Assembly: GCA_028534125.1 (NCBI GenBank)
Contig: CM052816.1
Location: 89,282,001-89,346,000, forward strand
Direction: 5' to 3'
DNA: 64,000 nucleotides
Source of the DNA: Lama glama
Taxonomy: Eukaryota
Below the pieces are notes generated by a model, which ran no database searches, was not told the origin of the DNA, and worked only from the letters and a program-made list of their open reading frames with translations. Numbering within the stretch: position 1 is the first letter of the stretch; every line of letters starts with the position of its first letter. This document shows, piece after piece, positions 25,516-39,829 of this stretch. The translations under genes were made by a program, and so were the position numbers.

Positions 25516-26015
25516 NNNNNNNNNNNNNNNNNNNNNNNNNNNNNNNNNNNNNNNNNNNNNNNNNNNNNNNNNNNNNNNNNNNNNNNNNNNNNNNNNNNNN
25601 NNNNNNNNNNNNNNNNNNNNNNNNNNNNNNNNNNNNNNNNNNNNNNNNNNNNNNNNNNNNNNNNNNNNNNNNNNNNNNNNNNNNNNNNNNNNNNNNNNNN
25701 NNNNNNNNNNNNNNNNNNNNNNNNNNNNNNNNNNNNNNNNNNNNNNNNNNNNNNNNNNNNNNNNNNNNNNNNNNNNNNNNNNNNNNNNNNNNNNNNNNNN
25801 NNNNNNNNNNNNNNNNNNNNNNNNNNNNNNNNNNNNNNNNNNNNNNNNNNNNNNNNNNNNNNNNNNNNNNNNNNNNNNNNNNNNNNNNNNNNNNNNNNNN
25901 NNNNNNNNNNNNNNNNNNNNNNNNNNNNNNNNNNNNNNNNNNNNNNNNNNNNNNNNNNNNNNNNNNNNNNNNNNNNNNNNNNNNNNNNNNNNNNNNNNNN
26001 NNNNNNNNNNNNNNN
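25516..26015. other. Assembly gap (500 N)
   Basis: Run of N. Confidence 1.
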
Positions 26016-26384
26016 GTGTCAGTAGTCTGCCTGCCCAAGTGGGGTGGGTACAGAGTCCGGCTCCTGGAGTTTACACAGCTGAGTTAGAACTCTCTTCTCC
26101 CAAAGTCCCACAATGGGGTCTTGATTCTTCCAAAATAAATGGAGGGGTCCATAAAAGACACACTTACACACACATACTCAGCATAGAGTTTAATACAATT
26201 GCCAACTGTATGATAAAGTGTAATATATTTGACTTTCGTTTGATTGCATTATTTTATTTTATGTATTTTATCTTCAAGATATGTTAAATATCATTTAGCC
26301 TATTTTAAAATAAACAGAAACTCAGAATAATTATAGATCACTATCTTTCCTTTTTGAATTCACTTCAGTGTCCACTGACTCTGT

Positions 26385-26402
26385 GTATGTGTGTATTGTG
26401 TG

Positions 26403-26444
<42 letters not shown>

Positions 26445-26472
26445 GGTGTGGGTGTATGTGTTTATATATATA
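26385..26472. repeat. Compound (TA)n/(TG)n microsatellite
   Basis: Read directly. Confidence 0.9.
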
Positions 26473-27210
26473 AGGTTAAAAGTAATGATACATAAACTTG
26501 TTCTGGAATATCTTGTATGCTCAGAATTTGCTTGTTCAGTTCATTAGCTGCTTTGGCATGCATGGGTTATTTCTATTGTCATATCAAAATTATGAGCAGT
26601 ATTAAATATATCTACAGTATTCAAGGCAATATAAACTACTTTTAATTAAAATAAGAGGACACTAAGCATAAAGGAAATGCCGTAAGAGAGACAGATATAT
26701 ATATACATTACTTGAAATTACATTTCCCTCATATATGACTCATGTTATGGGTTTATGCTGTTTTTCCCTTCTTCTAGCATTGCCTTTGTTATCTTGCTCT
26801 TTGAACTCTGTTATTATTGTGTGTGCCATTGAATTAAATTGACCTGGAGGAATTTTCAGTTTTATTACTATTTTTATAAACATCGAGATGAGGAAGGGTA
26901 ACATAATATCTAATTACACATCAGTTGTCGGCACAAATAACACTAAGTAAATATTTATGTTTGTGGGGGTGGAGCATCAGTGTGCAGTACAGCTGAGGAA
27001 GACTAAAGACTCTTTCTGGAGAGCTGTTAATTTGTTTATAATTAACTTCTATTCTGCACTTTGCAGCTGCATTTTCCTTAGTATCTGCAAGAAATGCTGA
27101 AAATAACAAGAATGAAGATACAGAAAACCCTACATTCAGGTTAATGTATTAAAAAGAAAGCTTTGATCTGGCATATATTACTAGGAGACAAATATTATAA
27201 GGCACATACC

Positions 27211-27363
27211 TATAGTTTTCAACCTTGTTTGAATATGAGAATTACATGGAAAGTTTTAAAAAATCCTCAAGCCCAGACTGTACCGCAGTTTCATTAAGTC
27301 AGGAAATCTGAAAAATAGAAAATTGAAATCAGTATTTCTAAAGCTACCAAAATGATCTCAAGT
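27211..27363. mobile_element. MER5A-like hAT element
   Basis: agttttcaaccttg...gaattacatggaaagttttaaaaaatcctcaagcccagactgtacc...atcagtatttctaaagctacca. Confidence 0.7.
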
Positions 27364-29613
27364 TAGTATCTTTCAGAAACAATGTCCTTTAAGTTTACTT
27401 TGCTCATTATATATAAGGATACCTTGAATAAAGTGACAAGAATCTTTAATAATGTTGGAAATGTTGGACATTGCTACTTTGTTTTAATAGTTGACATCTG
27501 CAAAATAATGATCATTTTAATGGAACATATGTGATTAACCTCATGGTCTTGGATAATTCCTCTTTTAAAATTATATGATTAAATGAGACCAAGTATTTTT
27601 CTCTACATGTATGTCTTTATAACACCTTTGTTATTTTAATAGATTAATTTTTATTTGTACTGATATTAATACAACGCATAGTAGTGAAAGGCAAATGGTG
27701 CAAAACACTTATCACAAAATGGATATTGCTCTTCTTCCCACCTACTCCCTTCTCACAGCTTTTCTTCTGTAATATTTAAGTTTTTTTATTTTAACTTGAT
27801 CTGACTTTATCTTGATTTCCTGCTATAGTATATGAGGGCCTACAGGTTTACAGATTTTTTTACCTCTTTTCCCTTTTTCTTGTTTCACTGTATCATTAAA
27901 TATATAGCTCTTCCTTTGGTTGTCTTTTTAACATGTGTAAAGTACTGACATGTTTATTCAGCCTACTCTTGTTAACTATAGATAGGTGATAATTGCTTCC
28001 CACTTTACAGAATGAAGACAGAAAACTTTACCATTGGCTTCAGAAGCTAATGTGATAGATCAGGAGAGGCTGTGATCGTTTCATCACTCTTTCTCTTTGA
28101 TAGTTCTCATAGATGCCTAAAGTTTTTCTTAAAAAACTTTTATATCCGATTTTCCAAGAATAAGCACTTTTGCTGGGAGAGGTTTATTACTGTCAAGTGG
28201 TCTCCTTGGAGATCTCAAAGCTTTTTCTATAATTTTTCCATTTATGTTTTAATATTTATCTCACCCCCACCTTCAAATGTATTTGGCATTTTTGACTCCT
28301 AAGCTTTCAGGAAATATGCAAGACAAGGGTACAATCCTGCATGGCAGGCCCTTCTGAACATTTTTAAGGAGAGTTTCCTTTGTTCTTCCAAACCAGTCAT
28401 CATTATTTCATTTACAATTTGTCTTTGAAGAACCTACTGAACTGTCTTTTGTATTGCGAACAAACCTTACAAACTTTAATTTGCTGAGTATTTAAATCTT
28501 TTAAATACTTCTTATATTTTAATGAAGCTTCAGGAAGAAGAAGAAATAAGATGTTTGTGCTCAATCTCCCATCTTGACTTCAAAAAATGACTTCAGGAAA
28601 CATTATATAAAGGAAAATGTGTATAAACTGTATTGTAATGTTCCTTGAAAATGATAGTTTACAACCTTTACATGTAAAATACATGTATACGTGGGGTTAC
28701 CCAAACACGTGAATAATACTGTATGAAATTAACATTATTGTGAAAGCCAACTAAATAGTCACATATTTGACAATTTTAATGTATATGACTTCATTGTTTT
28801 CCATTGTGTTAAATCTTAGACAAGAGAAAAATAATCCCCTGGATTAGGAACGCAGCAATGAAGACACTGTCATCAATTTTCATATCAGCAAATAGTTTTG
28901 TTTACTATTTGTAATGTGAAATCATTCTATATTGTACTCCCCTTTTCTATAAATTTTAAAGATATTTTATCGTGTCATGTTTCCTTTATAATATATTTAT
29001 CTGAACATCCAGATTGTAGAATTTAATTAACATCTGTACTTAAAGAATTAGCAGAGGTAGAACTTTAAAAGGACACTAAGATTTATGTTAATTTTGGAAT
29101 GAGTGGAAATTGATTCTCAACATCGGATGCACTTTACACTTAATTCTAATAAAAGCATGCAGACAAATTTGGTGATCTTTAGAGATTTCTAAACTTGCTT
29201 TAAGATATGACTTATGATGAAGAAATAAACTCTATTCATGCTAGTAAGCTGAAACTCATTTTGTTTATGTCCCTTCCCCATCCAGTTAAACAAAGATGCT
29301 TATTCATTCAGAGCATTTCCAATGTTCTAGGAACTCATCTTGATTGTTTGTGTTTTTTTTTTCAACTAAGTGTATATTTTTAATTTAATTTATTGAAGTA
29401 ATTATAGGTTTACATGCATTTGTGAGAAATAATACAGGGCGATCTCTTGAAAATTTTGTCTGCTCAATTCCTCACAATAGTAATATTTTACAAAACTAGA
29501 GTATATTATCAGAACAAGAATATTGACATTGGTACAATCCACCAGTTTCTTTCAGATTTCCCAAGGTCTCCTTGTACTGATTTATGCATTTATTTGTGTG
29601 AGTGTTAAGTTTT

Positions 29614-31803
29614 TTTTTTAATTTTTATTTTTAAATTTTTTTGTTGAAGTGCAGTTGATTTACCATGTTTTGTTTGTTTCTGGTGTACAGCAAAGTGATT
29701 CAGTTATATATACATACGTAGTCTTTTTCAGATATTTTTCCATTATAGGTTATTACAAGATATTGAATGCAGTTCCCTGTGCTATTCAGTAGGTCCTTGT
29801 TGTTTATCTATTTTATATATAGTAACAAGTATCTCTTAATCCCAAACCCCTAATTTATCTCTCTCCTTCCCCTATCCGCTTTGGTAACCATATGCTTATT
29901 TTCTATGCCTGCGAGTTTTGTAAATAAGTTCATCTGTATCATTTCTTTTAGATTCCACATATAAGTGATATCATATGATATGTGTCTTCCTCTGTCTGAC
30001 TTACTTCACTCAGTATAATAATCCCCAGATTCATCCATGTTGCTGCAAATGGTGTTATGGCATTATTTCATTCTTTTTTATAGTTGAGTAATATTCCATT
30101 ATGTGTGTGTGTGCATACATACACACACACACGCACGCACACACACATATATATATATATACACACACACACACACCCATATACATACACACACATAGCT
30201 TCTTTATCCATCTGCTGATGTACAGGTTGCTTTCATGCCTTGGCTATTGTAAATAGTGCTGCTATGAACATTAGGGTTCCCTCTGGATATATGCTCAGGA
30301 GTGGGATTGCTGGATGATATGGTAGGTCTATTTTTAAATTTTTAAAGACCTCCATAGAGTTATTCATAGTGGTTGCACCAATTTACTTTCCCACCAACAT
30401 TGTAGCAGGGTTCCCTTTTCTCCACACCCTCTCCAGCATTTATTACTTGTAGACATTTTGATAATGACCATTCTGACTGGTGTGAAGTGATACCTCATTA
30501 TAGTTTTGATTTATGTTTCTCTGATAATTGGTGATGTTGAGCATCTTTTCATTTTCCTATTGACCACCTGTATGCCTTTTTTGGAGAAATGTCTGTTTAG
30601 GTCTTCTGCCCATTTTTTGATTGGGTTGTTTGCATTTTTGTTATTGAGTTGTGTGAGCTGTTTATATATTCTGGAAATTAAGCCCTTGTCAGTTGCATCA
30701 TTTGCAAAGAGTTTCTCTCAGTCTGTAGTTTGTCTTTTCATTTTGTTTATGTTGTTCTTTGCTGTGCAAAAGCTCTTAAGTTCAATTGGTCACATTTTGC
30801 TTTTTTCTTTGTTTTTCTTTTTTAATTTTTTATTGATTTATAATCATTTTACAATGCTGTGTCATCATTTTGCTTTTTTCTTTTGCCATAGGAGACTGAC
30901 TTCAGAAAACATTGCTACAATTTATGTCAGAAATTGTTTTACCTGTTTTCTTTTCTGGGAGGTTTATGGTGTCATGTCTTATATTTAAGCCACTTTGAGT
31001 TTATTTTTGTGTATGATGTGATGAAATGTTCTAACTCCATTGGTTTACATGCAGCTGTCCAGCTTTCCCAACACCACTTGCTGAAGCTTATCTTTTCTCC
31101 ATTGTACGCTCTCACCTCCTTTGTCAAAGATTAATTGACTGAAGGTGGGTGGGTTTATTTTTGGGCTCTCTATTCTGTTCCATTGATCCATGTGTCTGTT
31201 TTGTGCCAATGCCATGCTGTTTTGATTACTGTAGCTTTGTAGTATTGTCTGAAGTCTAGGAGGGTTATGCTTTAGCTTCCTTCTTTTTCCTCAGGATTGC
31301 TTTAGCAATTCTGGATCTTTTGTGGTTCTGTATAAATTTTATGATTATTTGTTCTAGTTCTGTAAGAAGTGTCATAGGTAATTTGATAGGGATCACATTA
31401 AATCTGTAAACTGTTTTGGGTAGTGTGGCCATTTTAACAATATTAATTTTTCCAGTGCAAAAGCATAGGATATCTTTCCATTTTTTTGAGTCATCTTCAG
31501 TTTCCTTTATCAGAGTTTTATAGTTCTCAGCATGTAAGTCACCTCACTAGTTAGGGTTTATTTTGAAGTACTTTTGATGCAATTTTAAAAGGGATTTTTT
31601 TTTTTACTTTCTGATATTTTATTACTAGTGTAAAGAAATGCAGCAGATTTCTGCATGTTAGCCTTGAATCCTGCTTTGTTGCATTTGTTTATCAGCTGTA
31701 GTAGTTTTTGTGTGAAGTCTTCAGGGTCTTCTATATATCGTATTCTGTTATCTGCATATAATGGTAATTTTACCTCTTCCTTTCCAATTTGGGTACCTTT
31801 TTT
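29614..31803 (-). mobile_element. 5'-truncated younger L1 (~2.2 kb) nested in the older L1
   Basis: Poly-T tail, 3'UTR and ORF2 3' region. TSD gtgttaagtttt (29602-29613) / gtattaaatttt (31804-31815). Internal CA/TA microsatellite at ~30100-30195. Confidence 0.9.
30811..30865 (-). mobile_element. 55-bp L1 3'-tip insertion with a perfect 18-bp TSD
   Basis: cattttgcttttttcttt at 30793-30810 and 30866-30883. Insert ...ttttattgatttataatcattttacaatgctgtgtca resembles the L1 ends at ~1030 and ~58630. Confidence 0.85.
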
Positions 31804-34800
31804 GTATTAAATTTTATAAAAATGTTACAAGTCCTTGTATCCCCAAGAGCACAGTTACCACAGTGAACAGTTCCAGCACCACAGGATCCCTCACGTTGTC
31901 CTTCGGAACCAAACCAGTTTGGTTCCTGTCATCACCCTGAGCCCTTCACTCCCCAACTATCCCAGGAAAATACTAACTTGCCCTTTTTTACATTGTTGCC
32001 ATGTAAAACATGCTCTAGAAATGGAAATATGAATTATATAACCTTTTAGAATTGGCTGTTGTTCACCTAGCATAAGTCTGGAGAGTCACTCAAGTTGGTG
32101 CATGTATCAACAGTTCCTTTTTATTGCTGAATAGGAATCCATGGTAAACTTGTACCATAGATGGGTTAACCTTTCATCACTGAAGAACATCTAGGGTGAT
32201 TCTAGCTTGGAGCTATACAATGAACCTGCTATAAACATTCATTTATAGGTATCTGTGTGAATGCAAGTTTTCATCTTTGAGAGATAAAGCCAGGGTGTGC
32301 TGAATGGCATGGTAGTAGCATGCTTACTCTTTTAAGGAATTGCCAGGCTGTTTTCTAGTGTAATTGTGATATTTTACATCCTCACCAGCAATATATAAGT
32401 GATCCAATTCTTCAAGTCCTTCCCCCCATTTAGTGTTGTTGTTATTTTTTTTTAACCATTATGATAAGTGAGTAGGAATAGCTCATGTGGTTTTAATTTT
32501 CTTTTTCCTAGTGGCCAATGATATTTGACAACTTCCCCCATGCTTATTTTCAATCTGTGTCTTTGGTAAAATATTTGTTCAGGTCTTTGCTCATTTTCTA
32601 ATTTTACTGTAGGTAAATGGCTAATGGCTAGTATTAATGTCAAAGATAGCAATGTTTCTTCTTTGTCAAGACTGTTTTAACTAATTAAGGAATTAACTTC
32701 CCATAGAAATTTTGGAATAAGCTTGTTTATGTCTAAAAATATCTTGCTGGAATTTTTATAGACATTATATTAAACCCATAGATCAATTTGGGAATAATTG
32801 ACATTTTGCTATGTTAAATCTCCTAATTTATGAACATGATTTCTTCATTTATTTAGTCTTTGATTTCTTTCATCAGTGTTTTACAATTTCCAGCATATGG
32901 TGCATAAAATACCTAGTGCATATTTTATTACTGTACCATTTATTAAGTTTATGATTTTCTTTGGAGTGATTATAAATGTATTGTGTTTTAATTTTAGTTT
33001 CTGCATGTTCATCATTACTATTGATTTGTGTTTGTACTTTTTCTGTCCTACAAACTTGCTGAATCACTTATTCTAGAATTTTTGTTCTTATATTTGTTTA
33101 TTTTGTAGATTTTCCACATAAATGATGATGTCCTCAATAAATAAGGAGAATTTTAATTCTATACTTCAAGCTGCAAGCATTTTCTTTCCTTTTCTTGCCT
33201 TTGTGCTATGCTGGCTAGAACTTACAGTACTATGTCGAACAGTGGTGAAAGATGACATTGTCACCATGTTCCTAATCTTAGTGGAAAAGTATTCAGTTCT
33301 TCACTTTTAATACGATGTTAACTGTAGATTTATTATATAGATGCTCTTTATTAAGTTGTGTTAATTCCTCTCTATTTCTAACTTGCTGAAAATTTTTTTA
33401 TCATGAATAAATGTTGGAGTTTGCCAGATGCTTTTCTGCATCAGTTAGTATGATCATGTTTTAACTTCCTTATCTTATTGACATGGTGGATTACACTGAT
33501 TGATTTTCAAAGGCTTAACCAGCCTTGCATACATGAACTAAATCCCACTTCATCTTTTTATGCATTGGTAATTCAGCTTGCTAATATTTTGTTGAGGATT
33601 ATTCATTCAATTTCATGAGTGATATTTATAGGTAGTTTTATTGTTTGTTTTTTTTTCTATTGCCTTTTCTTTTGGTATCAGAGTAATATCGGCTTATTGT
33701 ATTACTTACAAAATGTTCCCTCCTCTTATATTTTCTGAAAGATATTTTGTAACATTGCTATTAATAGTTCTTTAAATATTTGGTAGACCTATCCAGTGAA
33801 AATTTCCAAAATAGTGCTACCATCTGGAGTTTTAAAATTGTGAATACAATTTCTTTGATGGTTATAGCCAATTCAGGTAAACTTTTTCACTGTGATAGTC
33901 TGTGGCTTTCAAGGAATTAATCCATTTCTTTTAAATTGTCAGATATATGAGTATAAAATTTTTCATAATATCCCATTATTACCTTTTTAAAGGCTGCAGT
34001 ATCTGTAATGTTATCCCATCTTTGATACTGAATTAATGATTTTTGTCTTCCTCCTTTTTTTAAAAAAAGTATTTTTCAGTCTTCCTAGAGGTTTATCAAT
34101 TTAATTGACTTTTTTAAGAATCAGAAGTTTCTTTCATCTGTTTTTTCTTGTTTTCAGTTTTATTGACTTCTGTTCTTATCTTTGTTGTTTCCTTTTTTCT
34201 ATTTACTTGAATTTATTTCATTCTTTTCCAGCATCTTGAAGTAGGAAAATTAATTATTAATATAAGATGCTACCTCATTTCTAATGTTAGCATATAGCTG
34301 TAAACTTCATTTGTAACACCACTTTAGTTGCGTTCCACGTATTCTGATACGGTATGTTTTCTTTTCATTTAGTTAGAAATACTTAATTTCTTTGAAACTT
34401 CCTCTTTGATCTATGAATCACTTGTAAATGTCTTTTAAAATTTGTATGTGTTTAGAGATTTTTCCATTGTCTTTCTGTTGTTCATTTTTAGTTTGATTCC
34501 ATTAAAATCAGGTAACACATTCTGATGATTTCAATATTTTAAATTTTTTTGAGTTTCGTTTTATGGAGCATGATATGGTCTATCTTGGTGAATGTCCATG
34601 GGTACTTGAAAAACTGCATATTATACTGTTATTAGCAAAGAGTATTCTATATATGCCAGTCGGATCCTTTTGATTTTTCCTAAATTTGCATATGTGTCCT
34701 TGCACATCTTCTGTCTGTAGTTCTATCAGTTGATAGGGAAGGGGGTTGAAATTCCAAAATATATTTGTGGACTTGTCTATTTCTCCTTTCAACTCTATCA

Positions 34801-37800
34801 GATTTCGTTTCATGTATTTCGAAGCTCTCTTGTGCATCCATATTTAGAATGTAATGTCTTCCTGATGGATTTGTCCTTTTATCATTATTTTTGTCTCTAG
34901 TACTTTTCTTTGCTCCAAACAAAATTTTGTCAAATATTAAGACAGACACTCATTTAAAAAAATAAGTGCTTTATTTTCATGTTTGCGTGATGTATCTTTT
35001 CCATTCTTTTATGTTCAGCATTTGCTTATGTCATTGAATTTGGAGTTTTTTTGTAAGCAGCATATAGTTGGATTGTGTTTATTGTTTGGTCTTCTTTCTC
35101 TATATTATCATTATTGCATTTAAGGCATTTTATTTAAGATCATTATTGATATGTTCATGAGTAAAAGTTTAGTTTTACTATTTATTTCCTGTTTGTTTTC
35201 TCTCTTTCTCATTTATCTGCATGCCATTATGTGGGCTACATGAACATTGTGTAGGAGTTTGTCCATTTATTTGTAGTGCTTTTGTGTGTACCTCTTGGTA
35301 TAGTTTTCACTGTGGTTGATCTAGTTGTTACCGTATATATATAGGTGGTTTCTAAAAGGCTACTAATGTCAACATTTTACCTCTTTGAGGGAATGCAGAA
35401 ACCTCATTTTCATTTTGGTCCCTTTGCCTTCCTGGCTTTAAAATATTATATTCTTGGATGTCAGATGGGATTATAGTTTTTGTTTCAATATTTAAATATG
35501 ATTTATAAAATTTATAAGAAAAGCGTAACTATTACATTGATTCATATTTCTCTTTTTTTTGGCCTTATCACTCTGCCTTCCTGATGCTTCAATATTACTT
35601 AATTTGTCATTTCCTTTCTGTTTGAAAAACTTCCTTTAGCCAATCTTTAAGATTAGGTCTATTATCAATAGGTTCTTTTGGTTTTCATCCAAGAATGTTT
35701 ATATTTCCTTTATTTTTGAGGGATATTTTTGCAATATAGAATTCATAGTTGATTGTGCTTTTCTTTCAAGCTTGCAAAACACTGTACCTCTTCCCTCTAT
35801 TCTCCCTAATTTCTCCAAAGGAGAAATCCACTGCCATTTGAACTGTTTTGCTGTTGTTGTTGTTGTTGTTGATGTTTGCTTTTCTCTGTAGGTAGTGCAT
35901 CATTTCTCTCTGGCTGCTTTCAACAGTTTTTCTTTAAGTTTCAGAAGATTAATTGTAATAAATCATACTATGGATTTCTTTAACTTGCTTGGGGTTTTCT
36001 CAGCTTTTTGGATCTGTTGGTTTTTTTAACCAAATCTAGCAGGTTTTTCATCATAATTTCTTCAAAATTCTTCCAGCTTCAGTCCTTGCACTTCTCTTAG
36101 AATTCTAGTAATATATCTATTGAATCTTTTGTTATTGTCCCTTGCATCCCTGAAGCCCTGTTTATTATTTTCCAGACCATTTTTTTCTCTCTCAGACTGG
36201 GTGAGTTTTATTCTGTCCTCAAGTTGGTTGATTCTATCCTCTGTCATCTCCACTCTACTATTAAGCCTATACAGTGATACTTTTTTTTTCTATTATTGTG
36301 TTTTCGAATTCTATCATTTCCATTTGGCCATTTTTTTAATAACTTTTATTTCTTTGCTGAGATTATCTATTTTTTCTCTTTTTCATTTGTTTCAAGATAA
36401 TTAGAATTTATTATTGAAGCATTTTTATAAAAGCTGCTTTAAAAATCCTTGTCCAGTAATTCCAATAATTGATTCATCTTGGTGTTGGCATCAATTGATT
36501 GGCTTTCACCATTCAAGTTGTGATTTTCCTGGTCTGTCTTGGTATAATGGGTGAGTTTTTTGTGATTTCCTAGACATTTTTTCCTATCATTATAGGAGAC
36601 TCTGGGTTTTATTTAAATGTTCTATTTTAGCAAGCAGTCACCCAGTTGAGGTTTAGCATGTGGGTCTCAGATTACTTTAATGGGCTGCCATTCAAATGGC
36701 AGTAAATGCTCAGTGCCTTTGTGGTATTATTTTAGTCTCCTTAGTTTATCTGAAATCAGCGGGGTACCCAATTATCCCAAATTACCCTCCTCCAAGGGCC
36801 AAATGAGTTCCCCCTAGGTCAGTCTGCTCAGTGTCTCTTGAAAAGGGAGCAGTGTGGTGAAACTCCCCTCCCAGTGACCTCTCGCTTCCTTGGCGTCCTT
36901 GTTCAGGGGTGGAGAATCTCATGACCGTGAAGTCGAAGAGTCTGCCTTGGCCAGACTAACTGGTATTGGGTCTCTCCAGCAGCTCTGCCCCCTGTTTCAG
37001 TAGCTCTTACTGGGAAAGGGGAGTCTCACATTATACGAGAAAGAACACTGTTTCCACTGACTGTTTATTCTCGGGGGGGGGGGCTCTCAGGCAACCCCCT
37101 TATCAGAGCTGTCTGTGTACCTAATGTTGTCAGAGGGACTTCTCTAACCCCAGGTCTGGAGGATGGGACAGCAGCAGGGTGCCTTGTACCCTCCAACTAA
37201 CAGATTCCCTGGTGATTGTTCCCAGTGCCGTTTTCAGGGTCTACAATTCTGCTTATGAGGAAGGAATGGGAAAACTGAATCTACACCATCTTTTCTGAAC
37301 TCTTCTAACACACATTTTATACACTGAATTACCTTATTTATCAGTGTGACTGCCTTACTTACCAATTTATCCCACATGTTTCATGCATGGCTTTAAAAAA
37401 AGAATGCCATGAACATATGAATTGAAATCTAGTTTAGTTATGGTTAGTCCTATTTCATGTTGTAATGCATTTACAGCACTGTTTAATATGAAACAGTGTT
37501 AATTGGGTTATGGCTTAATTTTTCTTGATAATCTGTTTGGATTTTGAGAGAGAAGATTTTGTTCTTTCATAGATGCATATTCAAGTGTTTTCAAGAAAAT
37601 AAATGTTTGAACCTGGGCCATTTTTCTAGTTGTAGCATCCTAAAACTTATTTCCGACATGGGATACTTTATTACCGAATGCATCATTTCCTTTTTAGATG
37701 ATTGCTCTCCACGTGTGCAGAGGTATCTCCAGTCCTTCTCCCCAGATTATATTGCAGTGAATCTTTACCTCCTTCCAGAAAATGTCCAAGTCAGTGTTAT

Positions 37801-39829
37801 CAAGCCTCCTTCTATAACCCTTTCTCTCAAACCTTCCCCTGACTCTCAGGAATACAGCATCAATACCCTGGTTTTTATCTGTTTTACTCTCTTCTTTTTC
37901 TAATGCTAAATTACAGAAAAATTATATTTGTTCTCTTGTCCTCCTAACGTTAACTTTCATGCATAATTTAAAAAAAAATGTCTTGTTCCTATTATCATCA
38001 AAACCCATAACGAATGCAACAATGTAAAGACCACTAAGATTTTATTCTAGGATTGTTCTAGGTCAACCATGCTTGCAGTTTACCCCTGTTAGACCTAGTT
38101 TACATCTGGCTTATAATTCCTTTCCCCAACTAAAATATAGGGAACATTTGATGATGAATCTTATGATTACCTTATCTCTGGGGCAGTCCCAATTATATTA
38201 GTAAAACGACTTAAAACACCCTGTAACGCATTACACCCAACTCCATAAAACTCTTTAATAATTTACTTATGTTACTTATTTTGAAGTTAGTGAAATGTCG
38301 GTAACCAGAGACTAGTTTAGCCTTAGGTTCAAGGTTGGAAACAAGTAGAATCTATCTACCACAAATAACAGCCACAGATCACTAGCTGAACTCTGCTTTA
38401 CCCAAGTTTATGGTTATCTACAGAAGAAACCAGCAAATTATGAGTAGGAATGTAGGTGAAGAATTATAGAAGCACGGAATTTTCTTTCATGGTGAATGGC
38501 GCAGTAGCTGTAGTTTTTGTAGAAGTATAATAATTATTATGTATTGATTGCCCAGAAGCAGACTCTAGGATAACCAAATGGCTGCATTGTTTCTGAAAGC
38601 CATTCTATAAAAGCTGTCAAAACAGCAGTGAAATAAAATGCAGATATCATGCCAATCTCTGACACATTCAAAAGTGCCTCTGTGCATATGTCTACCTGAC
38701 TTGTTTTTCTGTTGAAGTAGAAATTTCTACCATAACAGGTTCATCTCTAAGAAAGAGTATAAAAATTGTTTGTTCACATAAAGTTTAGCTTTTGAATACT
38801 ACATATAAATCTATATGCTAATGTCTGTTGTCAGACTTTCTGTAGATATTTAACAAAGTTGTCCTTTATTGTGCATTTGGGATCTAGCTTGCCTTGGTTC
38901 AGTGACAATACTGCTAAAAAGTCTGTGACAGGAAACTATCTTTAGTTCTCATTAACTAAAATTTAGAAGCCAAATAATGGCTGACATAATACTGTTGACC
39001 TGTTGTATGTGGTTAAAAAGAAATATCTACATTTAAATTCCTTAACATTCCTGCAAAAGTAGTCTGATGTAGAACACGACAAAATAAAGTGAAGATGGAA
39101 CAGGAGCTGTGGAAAAGTGGGAAGCATCTTGCTGAATTTTTCAGAGTATTGACTCTGCTTCAGCTCGTGTAAATGAATGAGTAAGTAAATCTATTTCTTT
39201 TCCTCCTGTTTCTGTCACATTTCTGGTGAGAATCTGATTCGCCTTCGGAGTTTGAAATAGAAAATAAAAATAGAGCACTGTTTGGCTTCTGCTGTGTCAG
39301 ATAATTACTTTCAAAATCCTGTAACTGGAAGCCAGTTGGGATTGGAACTGTGTTTTTGTTCCTGTGAAACAGAAATTCTGTCATGTGCAGCCACAGGATT
39401 TGACTGATGCTGCTAGAAGTTACCTCTCTCCTGAGTATGAATGACTAGCTTATCCAGTTACAAGTGATGGGAGAGCTGTTAAAGGAAAGATAATTTCAGA
39501 AAGTTAATGCATTTGCCCTTAATATAAATATTATTTGTGTAATACATTTCTTATTTTGAATATAAAAAACAAAGCATACAACTCCTTTTAAGAGAAGTAT
39601 TTTTCTTTCAATCCCTACTAAATATATGTTGAACAATATGCATTTATGCATGTATGTACATATGCATGTGTATGTGTATATATGCATTTTTTTTTGAAGA
39701 TGTAGGAATGTTGTTAGGCTCACACCCCTGATATCTGCGTCCAGTGTCATGTGTTTGGCATTTTGTATGTATTAATGTTTACTGCCACACTCAGTGCCCC
39801 CCCTCATTTTCAAGTGAGGAAACTGGTGA

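Larger units (their letters stand above)
29380..37305 (-). mobile_element. Old, nearly full-span L1 (L1MC1/2-like) with internal deletions, interrupted at 29614-31803
   Basis: L1MC-like 3' end (29380-29601, resuming at 31816). Endonuclease-like peptide ASKYMKRNLIELKGEIDKSTNIF at ~34750-34830, ORF1-like EDRINQLEDRI at ~36200-36250, and a GC-richer 5' region at 36600-37300. Confidence 0.8.

Noticed and set aside
25444..26038. Long ORFs of 193 and 178 aa
   Set aside because: Artefacts of translating the N gap.
30506..30988. 160-aa hydrophobic ORF
   Set aside because: Antisense reading of L1 ORF2, including the nested 55-bp insert.
37465..37502. Small hairpin cactgttt-aatatg-aaacagtg
   Set aside because: An 8-bp stem is expected by chance in 64 kb of AT-rich DNA.
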